Assembly: GCA_003251175.1 (NCBI GenBank)
Contig: QKHC01000039.1
Location: 1-53,344 of the forward strand
From: Gemmatimonadota bacterium
GTDB lineage: Bacteria; Gemmatimonadota; Gemmatimonadetes; Gemmatimonadales; GWC2-71-9
Length of the DNA stretch: 53,344 bases
Direction of reading: 5' to 3'
Below are positions 50,957 through 53,344 of this stretch, piece by piece. How positions within the stretch are numbered: position 1 is the first letter of the stretch; every line of letters starts with the position of its first letter. Made by a program: the position numbers and the translations under genes. The notes below the pieces were generated by a model that saw nothing but the letters and a program-made list of their open reading frames with translations, ran no database searches and had not been told where the DNA came from.

Positions 50957-52600
50957 TCAACGCAGCCGCCCCGGTCGCTGGAATTCCGAGCTCGGCAGCC
51001 ACGCCGGTGTCGCCACCGCATTCGCCACCGCGATGGCGACCCGCACCGCCACGCGCACCTGCTGGCTCATGCCCGCGAAATCGAACGACTCCCGATACTC
51101 GTCGCTCGGTTGGTGGTAGCGCTCCCGGGTCCAGATCTCCTGCTGCTCCCGGCCCCAGCCCTCCGGCCGACCGACGAAATCGAGTCCGGGGTGGATCGAC
51201 AGCGCCGGTACACCCGCCCGCGCAAGCGGAAAATGATCGGAGCGGAAGAACGACCCGCGCACATCCGGCTCGCTGCTCACCACGAGCGACTCGGCCGTCG
51301 CGGCCGCCTCGAAAACGGCACCCAGAGTCGAGCGGTCGCCCCCGAGGGCGGCGATGTCCCGCGTCGCGCCGCGCACGTTGGTGACGTCCAGGTTGATCAG
51401 CGCCACCGAGCGCCCCAGCGGGATCAGCGGGTCGGCTGCGTACGCCGCGCTGCCCAACAGACCACTCTCCTCCGCGGTGGTCGCGATGAACAGCGCGCTC
51501 CGGCGCAGCGGCGGACGCACCCGCGTGAGCATGTCGGCGGTCTCCAGCATCGCCGCGACGCCGGACGCGTTGTCCTCCGCCCCGTTGTAGATCGAGTCGC
51601 CTTCGACCGGATCGCCGATACCCTTGTGATCGTAATGGGCGGCGAACAACACGGCCTCGTCCGCGACCGTGGAATCGCTACCCGGCAGCCGCGCCACGAC
51701 GTTGGAGGACGCCACGCGTCGCACGCGACTCGTGACGGTGATGGCGGCTCGCAGCCCCGTTGCCACCGGACGAAAGTCGCGCCGTTGCGCGATGTGCGAC
51801 AAGGAATCGAGATCGAGCCCCGCGTCGGCCAGGGCCGCCCCCGCGGCGGCTGCGGTGACCCACCCGGCGAACTCGAGCCTCGGCCCGTGCGCTCCTTCAA
51901 GCATGAACTGCTCGACGGTCCAGGACGACCGCACCACACTCCAGGGATACGTCGCGCTCTCGGTGGTGTGCACCAGCAATGCCCCAACGGCACCACGCCG
52001 CGCGGCTTCCTCGAGCTTGTAGGTCCAGCGCCCGTAATACGTGAGCGCGCGTCCGTTGAACACCGTGGAATCTCTCAGGCCGGGATCATTCACCAGCATC
52101 AGCAACACCTTGCCGCGCAGGTCGATGTCCTTGTAGTCGTCCCAACGCCACTCGCGTGCGCTGACGCCGAATCCAACGAACACCACGTCCCCGTCGGCCA
52201 CGATGCGCTCGCGCGGTCGCTCCCCCCACGCCACGAAGTCGTCTCCGAACTCGAGGGTGTGGACGTCCCCCCGCGCTCCCCAGGCCAGCGTCGCCTGCGG
52301 AAGCATTCCCACCAGGGCGATCGGCTGGAAGTAGGACCTGTCCGGGCCCGCGCCTTCGAGGCCCAGCGCCTCGAACTGCGCCGCGATGTACTGTGCGGCG
52401 AGCTCCCCGCCGCGGGTACCCGGCGCCCGTCCCTCGAGCAGATCGCTCGCCAGAAACCGCAAATGGGCCCTCATTGCGGCGACGTTGACCACCGGCAGCC
52501 CGTCGCGCGACCCCACGGGTGCGAGGGCCGGTTGCCCGGTGGAACAGGCAGCTGCAAGCCACGCAGCCGCGACGCCTCCCAGACTGACACGCGACGCCAT
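50957..52600 (-). CDS. M28 family peptidase with PA domain, lipoprotein
   Basis: Lipobox LAAAC, LASDLLEGR, YYGRWTYK.EEA, AHYDH, YNGAEDNASG, AEESGLLGS, RSDHF, YHQPSD. GGGAG SD before ATG 52600. Confidence 0.9.
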   Translation of the reverse strand: MASRVSLGGVAAAWLAAACSTGQPALAPVGSRDGLPVVNVAAMRAHLRFLASDLLEGRAPGTRGGELAAQYIAAQFEALGLEGAGPDRSYFQPIALVGMLPQATLAWGARGDVHTLEFGDDFVAWGERPRERIVADGDVVFVGFGVSAREWRWDDYKDIDLRGKVLLMLVNDPGLRDSTVFNGRALTYYGRWTYKLEEAARRGAVGALLVHTTESATYPWSVVRSSWTVEQFMLEGAHGPRLEFAGWVTAAAAGAALADAGLDLDSLSHIAQRRDFRPVATGLRAAITVTSRVRRVASSNVVARLPGSDSTVADEAVLFAAHYDHKGIGDPVEGDSIYNGAEDNASGVAAMLETADMLTRVRPPLRRSALFIATTAEESGLLGSAAYAADPLIPLGRSVALINLDVTNVRGATRDIAALGGDRSTLGAVFEAAATAESLVVSSEPDVRGSFFRSDHFPLARAGVPALSIHPGLDFVGRPEGWGREQQEIWTRERYHQPSDEYRESFDFAGMSQQVRVAVRVAIAVANAVATPAWLPSSEFQRPGRLR

Positions 52601-52739
52601 CACCGTTCTCCCTGTTGGCATGATCCGAGATGCAGCGGTCCGGGCTCCGCGCGTCCCGCCTCGATCAGCAACACTGCAAGCATGCAGACGCAAGCAAGCG
52701 GGTTGCTGGCCCTCCGGCAAGTGATGATCTTTCGCCCCT

Positions 52740-53344
52740 ATGCTCGACCGTCTCACCGCGCGCCCCGTGCAGCGCCTTCCCGCAACGATCCGCTTCAGCG
52801 GGCGCACTCTGCTCCTGGCCGAGGACCCCGCCATCGTGCGCCGACAGCTCGCCGGTGAGGATGTCGCGTGGACCCCGGCGATCAAGCTGCGCGACGACAT
52901 CTCGACCGACGAGATTACCCCAGCCTACATCTGCTACTACTACGACGAGACCCTCGGTGACTTTCCGTACCTCGGTCTCAAGTGCGGTGACGAATTCCCC
53001 ATCCCCCGCGGCGCCGTGCGCGCCGGCGGGTTCGTGGCTTCCGCCAGCGGCAAGCGGCGTGGGAAGGGCTCTTCCCGCGAGCAATCACCTTACGCCGAGA
53101 TGTGCGCCGGGATCAAGCTCGTGGTGGCGGAGAATATCGAGCGCATCTATCGCGAGAACTGCCAGAACCTCGGCATTCTGACGACCACCGACTTCACGGT
53201 TCTCGACCGGGTTCGTCGTGGCGAGGAGATTCCGCTCGCCGTCTTCACGGCCGGCGAGGGCGAGATCACCCGTGGGATCATCGAATTCGGGGGGCTGTTC
53301 AACTACAACGTCGCCCGGCTCCAGGGGCTCGCGCGGGTGACGCC
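52740..53344 (+). CDS. Aconitase/isopropylmalate-isomerase family protein with N-terminal swivel (LeuD-like) domain; 3'-truncated by window edge
   Basis: Not in the ORF track. Translation from ATG 52740 gives LRDDISTDEITP, GKGSSREQSPYAE, AENIERIYRENCQNLG and GGLFNY, with no stop before the window end. Confidence 0.85.
   Translation, partial: MLDRLTARPVQRLPATIRFSGRTLLLAEDPAIVRRQLAGEDVAWTPAIKLRDDISTDEITPAYICYYYDETLGDFPYLGLKCGDEFPIPRGAVRAGGFVASASGKRRGKGSSREQSPYAEMCAGIKLVVAENIERIYRENCQNLGILTTTDFTVLDRVRRGEEIPLAVFTAGEGEITRGIIEFGGLFNYNVARLQGLARVT

Overview
A GC-rich bacterial chromosomal segment of about 49 densely packed protein genes. Gene content and order suggest a Gemmatimonadota-like diderm, but this is an inference. 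I found no rRNA, tRNA, CRISPR array, transposase or prophage gene. From left to right: the 3' part of a suf Fe-S operon (sufC-sufD-sufU-sufS); an ABC-2 exporter pair; an origin-proximal block (mnmG, a perfect parS site, parA, parB, an M23 peptidase, a bactofilin, then two DnaA-box-like 9-mers); a Nif3/MBL-hydrolase/MFS/M20/DASS run; and queG flanked by two small coupled ORFs. Next is a tightly coupled six-gene operon (class-V PLP enzyme, LOG-family protein, deoxyhypusine-synthase-like enzyme, MFS transporter, non-canonical Ddl-like ATP-grasp ligase, and an 8xCxxC zinc-ribbon/HELGH metallopeptidase fusion), which is the best candidate for an undescribed system. After it come glpD, a DUF481 barrel, fadI-fadJ-proline dehydrogenase-hypothetical-rsgA, MazG-like, DUF1015, an amidohydrolase, a flavin reductase, a fused E1 alpha/beta, a membrane-fused spermidine-synthase-like protein, a 2TM Ser/Thr kinase, lon, TetR and TrmB-like regulators with visible palindromic operators, a helical hypothetical protein that seems to need a CTG start, an M28 lipoprotein, and the start of a swivel-first aconitase-family gene. 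Sequence-level patterns include three probable CTG start codons, several apparently leaderless promoters, and a recurring 27-bp IHF-like intergenic motif. All calls come from motif recognition by eye; no searches were run.
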